This document shows, piece after piece, positions 38,492-48,462 of a stretch of DNA of 64,000 bases. The notes below the pieces were generated by a model, which ran no database searches, was not told the origin of the DNA, and was given only the letters and a program-made list of their open reading frames with translations. The position numbers and the translations under genes are program-made. Positions within the stretch are counted from its first letter, which is position 1. Every line of letters starts with the position of its first letter. The DNA is from an uncultured delta proteobacterium (GTDB lineage Bacteria; Desulfobacterota; Syntrophia; Syntrophales; UBA2192), in NCBI GenBank assembly GCA_963705165.1, contig CAVPJD010000025.1:845-64844 (forward strand), given 5' to 3'.

Positions 38492-40580
38492 CCTTCCTGC
38501 TCAGGCGGATCTTCCCGTTCGAGTCGATCTCGATGACCTTCACGGGGATCTTGTCGCCCTCATTGACCACGTCGGTCACCTTGGCGACACGCTTCGTGTC
38601 GAGCTGCGAGATGTGGACGAGCCCCTCGGTGCCGGGCAGGATCTCCACGAAGGCGCCGAAATCGACGACCTTCTTCACCGTGCCCATGTAAATCCTCCCG
38701 ATCTCGGCCTCCTCGGTGAGCCACTTCACCATGGCGATGGCCCGGTCGGCGGCCTCGAGGTCGGTGGAGGCGATGAGCACCGTACCGTCATCTTCCACGT
38801 CGATGTTTACTCCCGTTTCGGCGACGATCTGGCGGATGTTCTTGCCGCCCGTGCCGATGAGGTCGCGGATCCGGTCGGGCCGGATCTTCATGGTGATGAT
38901 CCGGGGGGCGTACTGGGAGAGCTCCTTGCGGGGCTCGGCAAGCGTCTCCTTCATCTTGTCGATGATGTGGAACCTGCCGTCTTTGGCCTGCTGGAGCGCC
39001 TTGCGGAGGATCTGCTCGTTGATGCCGTCGATCTTGATGTCCATCTGCAGGGCCGTGATGCCCTTCTTGGTGCCGCAGACCTTGAAGTCCATGTCGCCGG
39101 CGTGATCCTCGTCACCGAGGATGTCGGAGAGAACGGCCACGTTGTCGCCTTCCTTGAGCAGCCCCATGGCGATGCCCGCCACGACGTCCTTCAAGGGCAC
39201 GCCCGCATCCATCAGCGAGAGGGCCCCGCCGCAGACGCTGGCCATGGAGGAGGAGCCGTTCGAGGCGACGATGTCCGACACGGTGCGGATCGTGTAGGGG
39301 AACTCCTCCTGGCTCGGGATGACGGGAAGGAGCGCCCTTCTGGCCAGGGCCCCGTGGCCGACCTCCCGGCGCCCCGGGCTTCCCATGCGCTTGACCTCAC
39401 CCACGCTGAAAGGCGGAAAGTTGTAGTGCAGCATGAACGATCGCCTCTCCTCGCCCGTGATGTAATCCATTCTCTGCTCGTCCCTGGAGGTCCCCAGGGT
39501 GATCGTCACCAGGGCCTGGGTCTCGCCCCGCGTGAAGAGGGCCGAGCCGTGCGTTCGGGGCAGCAGTCCCACTTCGCAGTTGATCTGACGGATCTCGTCG
39601 TAGGCGCGCCCGCCGACGCGTCGCTTCTGCGACAGGATCATTTCCCTGAGGATGCCGCGGTCGATCTTCTCGACGACGTGTTCGACGATGGGTTTGAGCG
39701 ACGCATCTTCCTTGCAGAGGGTCTCGATGGCCTTCTCCCGGACGTCCCTCAGCTTGCCGTAACGGTCGAGCTTCTCCGAGATCCCGTAGGCCTCTTTGAA
39801 CCCTTCCGTCACCAGACCGGAAATCTTCTGATAAAGCGCCTCGTCGATGACGGGCGGCGTGAATGCCCGCTTGGCCTTCCCGATGGCCTTCTGCATCTCG
39901 TCCTGCAGCTCCATGACGGGCCGCATGGACTCCAGGGCAAGATTGATCCCCTGGACGATCTCCTCCTCGCCCAATTCCTTTGCGCCGCCCTCGAGCATGA
40001 CGAGGTTGACGTCATAGGGCTTGCCGCCCGTCCCCGGGACCACCTTGCGCCCCACGATGAACATGTCCAGATCGCTGTCCTGCATCGAGGTGGGGTTGGC
40101 GACGAGCTTGCCGTCGATGCGCCCGATCCGCACGCCGGCAATCGGCCCGTTGAAGGGGATGTTGGAGATCTGGAGGGCCGCCGAGGCGCCCAGGAGGGCC
40201 ACCACATCGGGGTCGTGCTCCCCGTCCACGGAGAGCACCGAGGCGATGAGCTGCGTCTCGAAGTTGTAGCCCTTGGGGAAAAGCGGCCGGATGGAGCGGT
40301 CAATGATCCGGCAGATGAGGATCTCCCGCTCGTTGGGCCGCCCCTCGCGCTTGAAGAACCCGCCGGGGATCTTCCCGGCGGCAAAGGTCATTTCCTGGTA
40401 ATCCACGGTGAGGGGAAGGAAGTCGAGACCTTCCCTCTGGCTCCGGGCCGAAACGATGGTGACAAGCACGACGGTCTCCCCGTAGGTCACGAGGACGGCC
40501 CCGTCAGCCTGCCCGGCAATGTAATGTACCTTGATGCTGAGATCGCTTCCTGCGAACGCTTTCTTGAATATCTGACTCAT
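38451..40580 (-). CDS. pnp: polyribonucleotide nucleotidyltransferase (PNPase)
   Basis: ORF trimmed to ATG 40580 (GGAGAAAG upstream): MSQIFKKAFAGSDLSIKVHYIAGQADGAVLVTYGETVV... Two RNase PH domains, KH and S1 (IYMGTVKKVVDFGAFVEILPGTEGLVHISQL). Confidence 0.95.
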   Translation of the reverse strand: MSQIFKKAFAGSDLSIKVHYIAGQADGAVLVTYGETVVLVTIVSARSQREGLDFLPLTVDYQEMTFAAGKIPGGFFKREGRPNEREILICRIIDRSIRPLFPKGYNFETQLIASVLSVDGEHDPDVVALLGASAALQISNIPFNGPIAGVRIGRIDGKLVANPTSMQDSDLDMFIVGRKVVPGTGGKPYDVNLVMLEGGAKELGEEEIVQGINLALESMRPVMELQDEMQKAIGKAKRAFTPPVIDEALYQKISGLVTEGFKEAYGISEKLDRYGKLRDVREKAIETLCKEDASLKPIVEHVVEKIDRGILREMILSQKRRVGGRAYDEIRQINCEVGLLPRTHGSALFTRGETQALVTITLGTSRDEQRMDYITGEERRSFMLHYNFPPFSVGEVKRMGSPGRREVGHGALARRALLPVIPSQEEFPYTIRTVSDIVASNGSSSMASVCGGALSLMDAGVPLKDVVAGIAMGLLKEGDNVAVLSDILGDEDHAGDMDFKVCGTKKGITALQMDIKIDGINEQILRKALQQAKDGRFHIIDKMKETLAEPRKELSQYAPRIITMKIRPDRIRDLIGTGGKNIRQIVAETGVNIDVEDDGTVLIASTDLEAADRAIAMVKWLTEEAEIGRIYMGTVKKVVDFGAFVEILPGTEGLVHISQLDTKRVAKVTDVVNEGDKIPVKVIEIDSNGKIRLSRKDALGADVPKNSPF

Positions 40581-40763
40581 ACTTTCTTCTTTCTCCTTAC
40601 TGATGACGATAGGGTTCAGAACGTGTCCCGGCAGCGACCGAAAGGCAAACGGCTCCCCTGTCCTGAAAGAACCCTTTTCCGAAGTTGCGGACGAAACCAC
40701 CATTCCAGGAGCCTGAACCCGGGAGTTCGAATGGCTCGACGGGTGCGATCGTTGCCCTAGCCT

Positions 40764-41030
40764 CTACTTCCTCAGACCGAGCCGCTCGATGATCTTGCGG
40801 TAACGGCTCACTTCCTTGTTCTTGAGGTACTCCAAAAGGCGTCGGCGCTGACCGACGAGTTTCAGAAGTCCCCGGCGGGAGTGATGATCCTTCTTGTGAG
40901 TCTTGAAATGCTCGGTCAGGTACTGGATCCGGGCGCTCAGCAGTGCGATCTGCACTTCGGGAGAGCCCGTGTCGCCCTCGTGGGTTTTGAAGCCGGCAAT
41001 GATTTCTTTCCTTTTTTCTGCGTCAAGCAC
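40764..41030 (-). CDS. rpsO: 30S ribosomal protein S15
   Basis: 88 aa, ...[48 protein letters not shown]. Confidence 0.95.
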   Translation of the reverse strand: MLDAEKRKEIIAGFKTHEGDTGSPEVQIALLSARIQYLTEHFKTHKKDHHSRRGLLKLVGQRRRLLEYLKNKEVSRYRKIIERLGLRK

Positions 41031-41082
41031 GTCTGTTACTCCTCCCTTTGAAAAACTCTTGATCTATTTCCATGTTATTCCG

Positions 41083-42015
41083 TTACTCGTTAAAAACTCT
41101 CAGGATGCGGGCGGCCTGCGCGCCGGGCGGAAGCGACGGGATCTCCCCCGCCGAAACGAGCATCCTGGCCAGCGCCACGAGGCGCCCTTCCCCGGAGATG
41201 AACTTTACCACATCTGCCGCCGCAAGAGAAGGAATTTGCAGGGCTGCAAGGCCCTCGACATCGGGCTGATGGCCCTTCACCAGCTTCTGCTCCAAAAGCG
41301 GCGGGATCACGATGTCCCGCAGGCCCGGAAGGGCCCGGTTCATGGGGATCAGGCCCTGCTCGAGCTTGGCCCGGATCCCGTCGTCGCTGTCCCCGTCGAG
41401 GCGGACGGCGTCCTCTTCCCGGAAGATGCCGCTTCGCGTCCTGCGCAATTGCTCGAGGGCGGCCCCGCAGCCGAGGCGATCGCCCATGTCGGCGCAGAGT
41501 GTCCGGATGTAGGTTCCCTTGGAGCAGGTCACGGTGAACCTCACCCCGGGCAGCTCGATGCCCTGCAGGAGGATCTCCCGGATCTCCACCTCGCGCGCCG
41601 GGGCCTCCACGCGGATGCCCTTGCGGGCCCACTTGTAAAGCGCCTTGCCCCGGACCTTGACGGCCGAATACTGCGGCGGGACCTGGGTGATCGTCCCGGC
41701 AAAGGCCGCGAGCACCGCCTTCACATCCGCATCGGTTGCCCGGGGTTGCTGCTCCGCGAGCACCTGCCCGGTCATGTCCAGGGTGTCCGTCCGGACACCG
41801 AGGCGCATCGTGGCCTCGTAGACCTTGTCGTCGCCCGTGAGGAAGGAGGCGATCTTCGTTGCCTCGCCGACACAGACGGCAAGCACACCCGTCGCCATGG
41901 GGTCCAGGGTTCCCGTGTGGCCTGCTTTGCGCTCGCCGAGGAGTTTCCTCACCCTGTCGACGGCATCATGGGATGTGATTCCCGCGGGCTTGTCGACGAT
42001 GACGACGCCCTTCAT
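41083..42015 (-). CDS. truB: tRNA pseudouridine(55) synthase
   Basis: 310 aa, MKGVVIVDKPAGITSHDAVDRVRKLLGERKAGHTGTLDPMATGVL. Confidence 0.95.
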   Translation of the reverse strand: MKGVVIVDKPAGITSHDAVDRVRKLLGERKAGHTGTLDPMATGVLAVCVGEATKIASFLTGDDKVYEATMRLGVRTDTLDMTGQVLAEQQPRATDADVKAVLAAFAGTITQVPPQYSAVKVRGKALYKWARKGIRVEAPAREVEIREILLQGIELPGVRFTVTCSKGTYIRTLCADMGDRLGCGAALEQLRRTRSGIFREEDAVRLDGDSDDGIRAKLEQGLIPMNRALPGLRDIVIPPLLEQKLVKGHQPDVEGLAALQIPSLAAADVVKFISGEGRLVALARMLVSAGEIPSLPPGAQAARILRVFNE

Positions 42016-42969
42016 CGGCCACCGTTTTTGATTGCATCAAAGAGCTTTCTCTTCACCGTGTCGCCGTCTCCCTGGATCCGGCAGGCCGCGGCATTGATGT
42101 GACCGCCGCCCCCGAACTTGCCGGCCACCTGTTCGACGTTGAACCGCCCCTTGGAGCGAAGGCTCACCTTGTAGAGGCCTTCGGTGATCTCGCTGAAGAA
42201 GACGGCCACCTGCACGCCCTCGATGGAGCGCGGGTACTCGACAAACCCTTCCGTGTGCTCCCACTGGGCGCCCGCTTCGTCGAGCATCCTCTTCGACACG
42301 GTGAGCGGCCGCAATCCGGCCCTGCCAGTCGAACTCCAGGGTCGAGAGCGCCCGGGACAGCAGACGGATCTTCGCGGCCGGAAAGGTCTCGTAGACCATC
42401 TGGGCGATCCATGCGGGATCGGCCCCTTTCTCCAGCAGCCGGCCGGCGACGGCAAAGGTTTGCGGCCCCGTGTTCGAATACCGGAAGGCCCCCGTGTCGG
42501 TCAGGATCGCCGTGTAGAGGTTGACGGCCATATCCTTTGTGATCTCGAGGCCCATCCCGTCGACGAGGCGGAAGATCATCTCGCCGGTGGAGCTTGCCTC
42601 GGGGTCGGTGAGCGTCAGGTTCCCGTAGTGGTCGTTCGAGATATGATGATCGATGTTGATGATCTGCCGGATCCCGGCGATCCGCGAGGCCTCTTCCCCC
42701 GCGCGCTCGATCTCGCTGCAGTCGAGGACAAAGACGGCGTCAAAGCCATCCAGCGGGCCCAGCCGGTTCACGATGACCCCCGCGTCGGGCAGAAACGAAT
42801 ACATCTGCGGCGTCCGGTCCTGGTTGTAAACCACGACTTCCTTCCCCAGGCCCCGGAGCGCCTCGTAGAGGGCGAGCTCCGAGCCCACGGCATCGCCGTC
42901 GAGCCTCATGTGGGAGGTCACGAGGAAGGTGCGGCCCTTCTTGATGATTTCAGCGATCTGTTGGATCAT
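42012..42969 (-). CDS. nrnA: DHH-family oligoribonuclease/pAp phosphatase NrnA-like, apparent frameshift
   Basis: N-terminal part from ORF 42037..42969 (...FLVTSHMRLDGDAVGSELAL...INIDHHISN...). C-terminal DHHA1 part from ORF 42012..42455 (...FGGGGHINAAACRI...). The junction LEFDWQGRIAA/LTVSKRMLDEAG lies near 42308, inside a GCGGCCGC context. Stop overlaps the truB start. Confidence 0.8.
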
Positions 42970-43327
42970 CCGTTTCGTCTTTTTCGTCTTTTCGTACTTC
43001 TTTCAGCAGCTTCTCGATCCGCGACCCGTATTCGAAGGAGGGGTCGTAGAAGAAGGCAAGCTCCGGGATGTAGCGAAGCTGCAGCCTCTTGCCCAGCTCC
43101 CGCTTGAGAAACCCCTTGGCCTTCGAGAGCCCCTTCTCGACATCGGCGCTCAGGCTGTCCTTGCCGAGCTCGACGAAGTAGATGCGGGCGGAGCGAAGGT
43201 CGTCGGTGAGCTTGACGTCCGTCACGGTGATATTGGCAATCCTCGGGTCGCCGACCTCCCGCCGCAGGATGTTGGAAATCTCCTGCTTGATCAGATCCGC
43301 AACCCGGTCAGCTCTCTTGAAATCCAT
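42950..43327 (-). CDS. rbfA: ribosome-binding factor A
   Basis: 125 aa, ...RADRVADLIKQEISNILRREVGDPRI...VKLTDDLRSARIYF. Confidence 0.9.
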   Translation of the reverse strand: MDFKRADRVADLIKQEISNILRREVGDPRIANITVTDVKLTDDLRSARIYFVELGKDSLSADVEKGLSKAKGFLKRELGKRLQLRYIPELAFFYDPSFEYGSRIEKLLKEVRKDEKDETDDPTDR

Positions 43328-43652
43328 CGGGCAGCGCCCCCCCGTCGTAACGGCCCGCCAGGTCGGAGTAGTTCGTGATCTCCCTGCGGACGTTGACGAC
43401 CTCGGCCAAGTGGAGATTGTCGACGAAATTCAGGATCATTTCCATCTTCGAGTCCACGAAACTCCGGTCGTTTCCCACGACGGCAAACCCGATGATGCCC
43501 TGTTTCAAGTTGTCGTGCCCGTCGACCTCGGCAATCGAGACATTGAACTCGTTCTGCGTGCGCCGGATCAGGCTCTTCATCACACCCCGCTTCTCCTTCA
43601 GGGAGCGGCTCTCGTGGATGTACACCTCGATGATCCCGACACCTACAACCAT
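43308..43652 (-). CDS. DUF503-family protein (YlxP-like)
   Basis: 114 aa, MVVGVGIIEVYIHESRSLKEKRGVMKSLIRR... In the conserved position between infB and rbfA. Confidence 0.8.
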   Translation of the reverse strand: MVVGVGIIEVYIHESRSLKEKRGVMKSLIRRTQNEFNVSIAEVDGHDNLKQGIIGFAVVGNDRSFVDSKMEMILNFVDNLHLAEVVNVRREITNYSDLAGRYDGGALPDGFQES

Positions 43653-43752
43653 GGTCTATCCCGTCTGTCCGGTCCATCCGGTCTATCCCGTCCCTCCGGT
43701 TCTTTTCTTCGACCGAATAGACTGGATAGACGGGACGACTGGATAGACGTCT
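43653..43752. repeat. opposed nonamer arrays filling the infB / DUF503 spacer
   Basis: ggtctatc ccgtctgtc cggtccatc cggtctatc ccgtccctc cggttc, a spacer, then gaccgaatagac tggatagac gggacgac tggatagac gtctg. Confidence 0.75.
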
Positions 43753-43753
43753 G

Positions 43754-46368
43754 TTAGAGCTTTCTCTCGATCTGCTCCATGATGTACGCCTCAATCACAT
43801 CGCCCACCCGGATGTCGTTGTAGCCCTCGATGCCGAGGCCGCAGTCCATGCCGGCGGCCACTTCCTTCGCGTCGTCCTTGAAGCGCTTGAGCGATGCGAT
43901 CTTGCCGTCGTAGAGGACCACCCCGTCGCGCACCAGCTTGACCTTGGCGCTGCGGGGGATCTTTCCGTCCGTCACGTGGCAGCCCGCCACGGTGCCGACC
44001 TTGATGATGCGGAAGGTTTCCCGCACCTCGGCGCGCCCCTGGACGACTTCCTTGAACTCGGGTTCCAGCAGGCCTTCCATGGCATCGTGGATGTCGTTGA
44101 TGGCGTTGTAGATGACGTCGTAGAGCTTGATCTCGACGCCTTCCTTCTCGGCGATCTCGACGACGCGGGCATCGGGCCTCACCTTGAAGCCCAGGATGAT
44201 GGCGTCGGAGGCCGAGGCCAGCATGACGTCCGTCTCGGTGACGGCGCCCGTGGAGCTGTGGATGAGCTTCAGCTTGATCTCGTCGGTGGAGAGCTTGTTG
44301 AGGGCCTCGCTCAGGGCCTCGAGGGATCCCTGGACGTCGGCCTTGAGGATCACGTTGAGATCCTTGGCGCCTTCCTTGATCCGCTGGTAGAGCTGCTCCA
44401 GGGTGATCTTGGAGGAGGCCGCCAGCTCCTTCTCGCGCTCCTTGCGGACCCAGTACTCGCTGATGTTCTTGGCCTTTTTCTCGTCCTCGACGCCGATGAA
44501 CTCGGAGCCCGCCTGGGGAACGCTGGAGAAGCCGATGACCTCCACGGGCATGGAGGGGCCGGCCTCCTTGACGCGCTGCCCCTGGTCGTTGATCATGGCG
44601 CGCACGCGGCCGTACTCCGTCTTCGCGGAGAAGGCATCTCCCTCGCGCAGGGTCCCTTCCTGGATGAGGACGGTTGCCACGGGGCCCCGTCCCTTGTCGA
44701 GCTTGGCCTCGATGATGATGCCGCGGGCCGGACGGTCCGGGTCGGCCTTCAGCTCGAGGACGTCGGCCTGCAGGAGGATGAGCTCCAGCAGGTTCTCGAT
44801 GCCGATCTTCTTCTTCGCCGAGATGTCGGCAAAGAGCGAATCGCCGCCCCAGTCCTCCGACGTGAGGTTGTGCTGGGCCAGTTCCTGCTTGATCCGGTCG
44901 GGGGTGGCGTTGGGCTTGTCGATCTTGTTGACGGCCACGATGATGGGCACGCCGGCCGAGCGCGAGTGGTTGATGGCCTCCACGGTCTGTTCCATGACGC
45001 CGTCGTCGGCGGCCACGACGAGGATGACGATGTCCGTCACCTTGGCGCCGCGGGCGCGCATGGCCGTAAAGGCCTCGTGTCCCGGCGTGTCCAGGAAGAC
45101 GATGTCGCGGTCCTTGACGTGGACGTGGTAGGCGCCGATGGCCTGCGTGATGCCGCCGGCCTCGCCGTCGATGACGTTGGTCTGGCGGATGGCATCCAGC
45201 AGCGACGTCTTGCCGTGGTCGACGTGGCCCATGACGGTGACAACGGGCGCCCTGGGCTTCAGGTTGCGGGGCTCCGCCTCGGTGCGCTGCAGCATCTCGT
45301 CGTACTCGGCCGTCACGGCCTCCACCTGGTAGCCGAACTCGGCGGCGATGAGGCTTGCGGCATCGATATCGATGGACTGGTTGATGGTGGCCATCGTGCC
45401 CAGGCCGAGAAGCTTGTTGATGACGTCGCTTGCGCGCACGCCCATCTGCTTGGCCAGCTCGCCCACCCGGATGGCCTCCGAGATCCGGATCCGCCGCTTG
45501 CTCGCCTTGGGGACCGTGATCTCCGTCTTCTTCATCTTGACGACGGCGGCCTTCTTGTCGCCCCTCCAGCGTGCGGCCTCCTCCTCCTCGATCTCCCGGA
45601 GCCGGCCCTCTCTTGTCTTTCTTGTCGATGACCCGCTTGATCATCGTTCTCTTCTTGGTGGCCACCCCGTCCATGACCACCTCGACGCCGCGCTTGCCTT
45701 TCCTGTCGGCCGTGGGTGCGGCTCCCCTCGATTGGCGTCGGCACCGGCAGGCGGGGCCGCCTGGCCACGGGGCTGCGCGGGCTGCCCCGCGGCCGGTTTC
45801 CGGATCTGCGTCTGCGGGATTGTGGCGGCAGGGGGCCTTGGCCCTTCCTTCTTCTCGACGGGTTCGGGCCGGCGAATGATCTGGGCCTGGCGGGAAAGAT
45901 CGGGCTCCTTCTTCGGCGCCGGCTCGGGTTTCACGGGCGCCTTTTCGGAAGCGGGAGGCGCCGCAGCAGCCGGCGGTTCTTCCGCCCTCGGCTCGAGCGG
46001 CTTCTCCGGTTTCTCGACTTTCTCGACTTTTACTTCCTTTTCTACTTTCTCTTCCTTTTCGACTTTCTCGACTTCGGCGCGGCTTCGGGGGCGGCGGCTT
46101 CCTCGGGCTCGGCGGCTTCCTCGGCCTCGGCGGCCTCCTCGGGCAGACGGACGGCCCTTCTGCGAATGACCGTCGATTTGACGCGCTTCTCGACGACCTC
46201 CTTTTCGCCCTTGGCGGATAACTCGCGGCGGACCCGCTCGACCTCGCTGTCCTCAAGAGTGCTGGAGTGGGATTTGACGGCAATGCCAAGGTTTTTCAGC
46301 TTCGCGATGAACTCCTTGTTCTCGATCCCGAACTCCTTGGCCAGTTCGTATACTCTCATCTTGGACAT
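43754..46368 (-). CDS. infB: translation initiation factor IF-2, with at least 3 apparent frameshifts in the N-terminal low-complexity linker
   Basis: The G-domain to the C-terminus is intact in ORF 43754..45535 ([26 protein letters not shown]). The N-terminus is in ORF 46042..46368 ([29 protein letters not shown]...). The linker continues in the frame of 45641..45934 ([17 protein letters not shown]...[10 protein letters not shown]...), then in a further frame ([33 protein letters not shown]). Shifts lie near 46075, 45700-45740 and 45600-45640. Confidence 0.9.
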
Positions 46369-46416
46369 TCTTGAAACCCCCGAATGTTTTGGTCCAGCCA
46401 GGGCCTGCGCTTATCC

Positions 46417-47688
46417 TTAAGGCTCAGGCGCGTTGTCGCCCGCTTCCTTTTCCATTTCCATGACCTGCGCGGCCCTCTCGATGATCCCCTGCGCCTTCTC
46501 GGCGTCCAACCCCTCGATGGCCTTCAGGGCCTCGGGGTCGGCCGACGACAGGGCGGACACACTTTTGTAGCCCTCTTTGAACAGAAGCTCCGCCGAGGCC
46601 TCGTCGAGGTCCGGAATCTTCATGAGGGCCTTGGGCCCTTCCTCGGACTGCTTCTGGAGCATGGACTCGTTCTTCACGTCGATCTTCCAGCCCGTGAGCC
46701 GCACGGCGAGCCGCACGTTCTGCCCGCTCCTGCCGATGGCCAGAGAGAGCTGGTCATCGGGCACGATGACCTCCATGGACCTCTCGTCCTCGTACATGAA
46801 GACCTTGCTCACCTTGGCCGGCGAAAGGGCCGAACAGATGTATTTCACGGAGTCTTCGGAGAAGGGAACGATATCGATCTTCTCGCCCTTCAATTCCTGG
46901 ACGACGCTCTGCACGCGCGAGCCCCGCATCCCGACGCAGGCCCCGACAGGGTCGATGTCCTTGTCGAGGGTGCGGACGGAGATCTTGGAGCGGTTGCCCG
47001 GCTCGCGGGCCACGTTGACGATTTCGATGAATCCCTCGGAGATCTCCGGCACCTCAATCTCGAAGAGGGCCCGCAAAAACCCCGGATGCGTGCGGGACAA
47101 GACGATCTGGGGGCCCTTGGAGATCTTCTTGACGTCCACGATATAGGCCCGAATCCGATCGCCCCGCTTGTAGGTCTCGCGGTGGACCTGCTCGGAGGGA
47201 GGGATGACGGCCTCGGCGCGGCCCAGGTTCACGACGATGCTGCCGCCCTCGAAGCGCTGGACGAAGCCGCTTGCGATCTGGCTTTTCTTGTCCTTGTACT
47301 CGTCGTAGATCTTGTCGCGCTCGGCATCCTTCACTTTCTGGATGATGATCTGCTTGGCCGTCTGGACGGCAATGCGCCCGAAGCTTGCCGCATCGACCCT
47401 CATGCCCAGGCTGTCGCCCGGCTCGGCCTCCTCGTCGAGCTCGCGCCTGGCCTGTTCCAGGGAGATCTGTGTTTCGGGGTCGACCACCTTTTCGACAACC
47501 GTCTTGAACTGGAAGACTTCCAGTTCGCCCGCCTCTTCGCTGTACTTGGACTCGAGCTCCACCTTCGCCCCCAGCTTTTTTCTCGCCGCGGTGAGGATGG
47601 CCGACTCCAGGGCCTCGATGATGACTTCCTTCTCGATTCCCTTGTCCTTGCCCATCTGCTCGATGAGACGTTTCAACTCCGGAAACAT
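46417..47688 (-). CDS. nusA: transcription termination/antitermination factor NusA
   Basis: ORF trimmed to ATG 47688 (AGGAGG 6 nt upstream): MFPELKRLIEQMGKDKGIEKEVIIEALESAI... S1 and KH domains. Confidence 0.95.
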   Translation of the reverse strand: MFPELKRLIEQMGKDKGIEKEVIIEALESAILTAARKKLGAKVELESKYSEEAGELEVFQFKTVVEKVVDPETQISLEQARRELDEEAEPGDSLGMRVDAASFGRIAVQTAKQIIIQKVKDAERDKIYDEYKDKKSQIASGFVQRFEGGSIVVNLGRAEAVIPPSEQVHRETYKRGDRIRAYIVDVKKISKGPQIVLSRTHPGFLRALFEIEVPEISEGFIEIVNVAREPGNRSKISVRTLDKDIDPVGACVGMRGSRVQSVVQELKGEKIDIVPFSEDSVKYICSALSPAKVSKVFMYEDERSMEVIVPDDQLSLAIGRSGQNVRLAVRLTGWKIDVKNESMLQKQSEEGPKALMKIPDLDEASAELLFKEGYKSVSALSSADPEALKAIEGLDAEKAQGIIERAAQVMEMEKEAGDNAPEP

Positions 47689-47710
47689 GCTTAACCTCCT
47701 AGATCTGATA

Positions 47711-47792
47711 GGCACTAGGCTTTAGGAATTCAACCGGAAGGTTTCTTTTTCCCTTTGCCTGAAGCCTGTTGCCTGTTGCCTATTGCCTGCAG
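47711..47792. repeat. opposed heptamer arrays spanning the nusA-rimP junction
   Basis: ggcacta ggcttta gg, a spacer, then ccctttg cctgaag cctgttg cctgttg cctattg cctgcag. The right arm encodes the rimP tail (LQAIGNRQQASGKGKKKPSG). Confidence 0.7.
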
Positions 47793-48230
47793 TTCATATT
47801 CCAGATTCGCCTTCTGGATGTTGTCCCGGTCGATGCGGACAATCCTGCCGTCCACGTCGACGGTGACGATCCTGCGGCCGTCCTCCATCAAATAGTCGAC
47901 GAAGGTGCCCAGGAAATTCCTCGACCCGTCGATGGGCTCCCGCGTCCGGACCCGGATCCTGCCGCCGCGGTACTTCTCGAAATCCTTGTCCCGGGTGAGG
48001 GGCCGGTCGAGCCCCGGGGACGACACTTCCAGGGTATAGGGACCCGGGGGCAGATCGTGCACGTTGAGCAGATCGCCCACCTGGTGGCTGATGGCCGTGC
48101 AGTCCGCGAGGGACGCACCGCCCTCGCGGTCGATGAAGATCCGAATGAGCCACCGGGTCTGCATCCTGAGGCACTCGAGTTCCACGAGCTCCAGGCCTTC
48201 GGACTCGATCACCGGTTCGATCAGTCCGAT
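47730..48230 (-). CDS. rimP: ribosome maturation factor RimP, start uncertain (SD-positioned ATC 48230, or GTG 48212)
   Basis: ORF 47730..48212 (VIESEGLELVELECLRMQTRWLIRIFIDREGG...). The frame is open upstream and encodes IIGLIEP, which fits RimP N-termini. GGGAGGAG (48242..48235) precedes ATC ATC (48233, 48230). No SD precedes GTG 48212. Confidence 0.8.
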   Translation of the reverse strand: MGLIEPVIESEGLELVELECLRMQTRWLIRIFIDREGGASLADCTAISHQVGDLLNVHDLPPGPYTLEVSSPGLDRPLTRDKDFEKYRGGRIRVRTREPIDGSRNFLGTFVDYLMEDGRRIVTVDVDGRIVRIDRDNIQKANLEYELQAIGNRQQASGKGKKKPSG

Positions 48231-48259
48231 GATTCTCCTCCCGGTATGTGGACTGTTCT

Positions 48260-48343
48260 GGCATAGGGCTAATGGCTTATGGCTTATGGCAAGGGTGTTG
48301 CGGCTTTCTCTTCCTTAAGCCTTTAGCCCTGCGCCTTAAGCCC
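48260..48343. repeat. opposed heptamer arrays (GGCTTAT / CTTAAGC)
   Basis: ggcatag ggctaat ggcttat ggcttat ggcaagg, a 19-nt spacer, then cttaagc ctttagc cctgcgc cttaagc cc. Confidence 0.75.
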
Positions 48344-48344
48344 G

Positions 48345-48379
48345 TCTTTAAAATAAAAAAGTGGGCAAACAGGCCCACT
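48345..48379 (-). terminator. intrinsic terminator after the tartrate dehydrogenase-like gene
   Basis: Minus strand reads AGTGGGC-ctgttt-GCCCACT then TTTTTTATTTTAAAG. Confidence 0.6.
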
Positions 48380-48462
48380 CGAATAGAAACCATTCGAATT
48401 TCAGGTACTTTTCTAGCACAGAAAAAGCGCTCTTGCAAGCAAAAAACGAGGCCGAATCCCGG

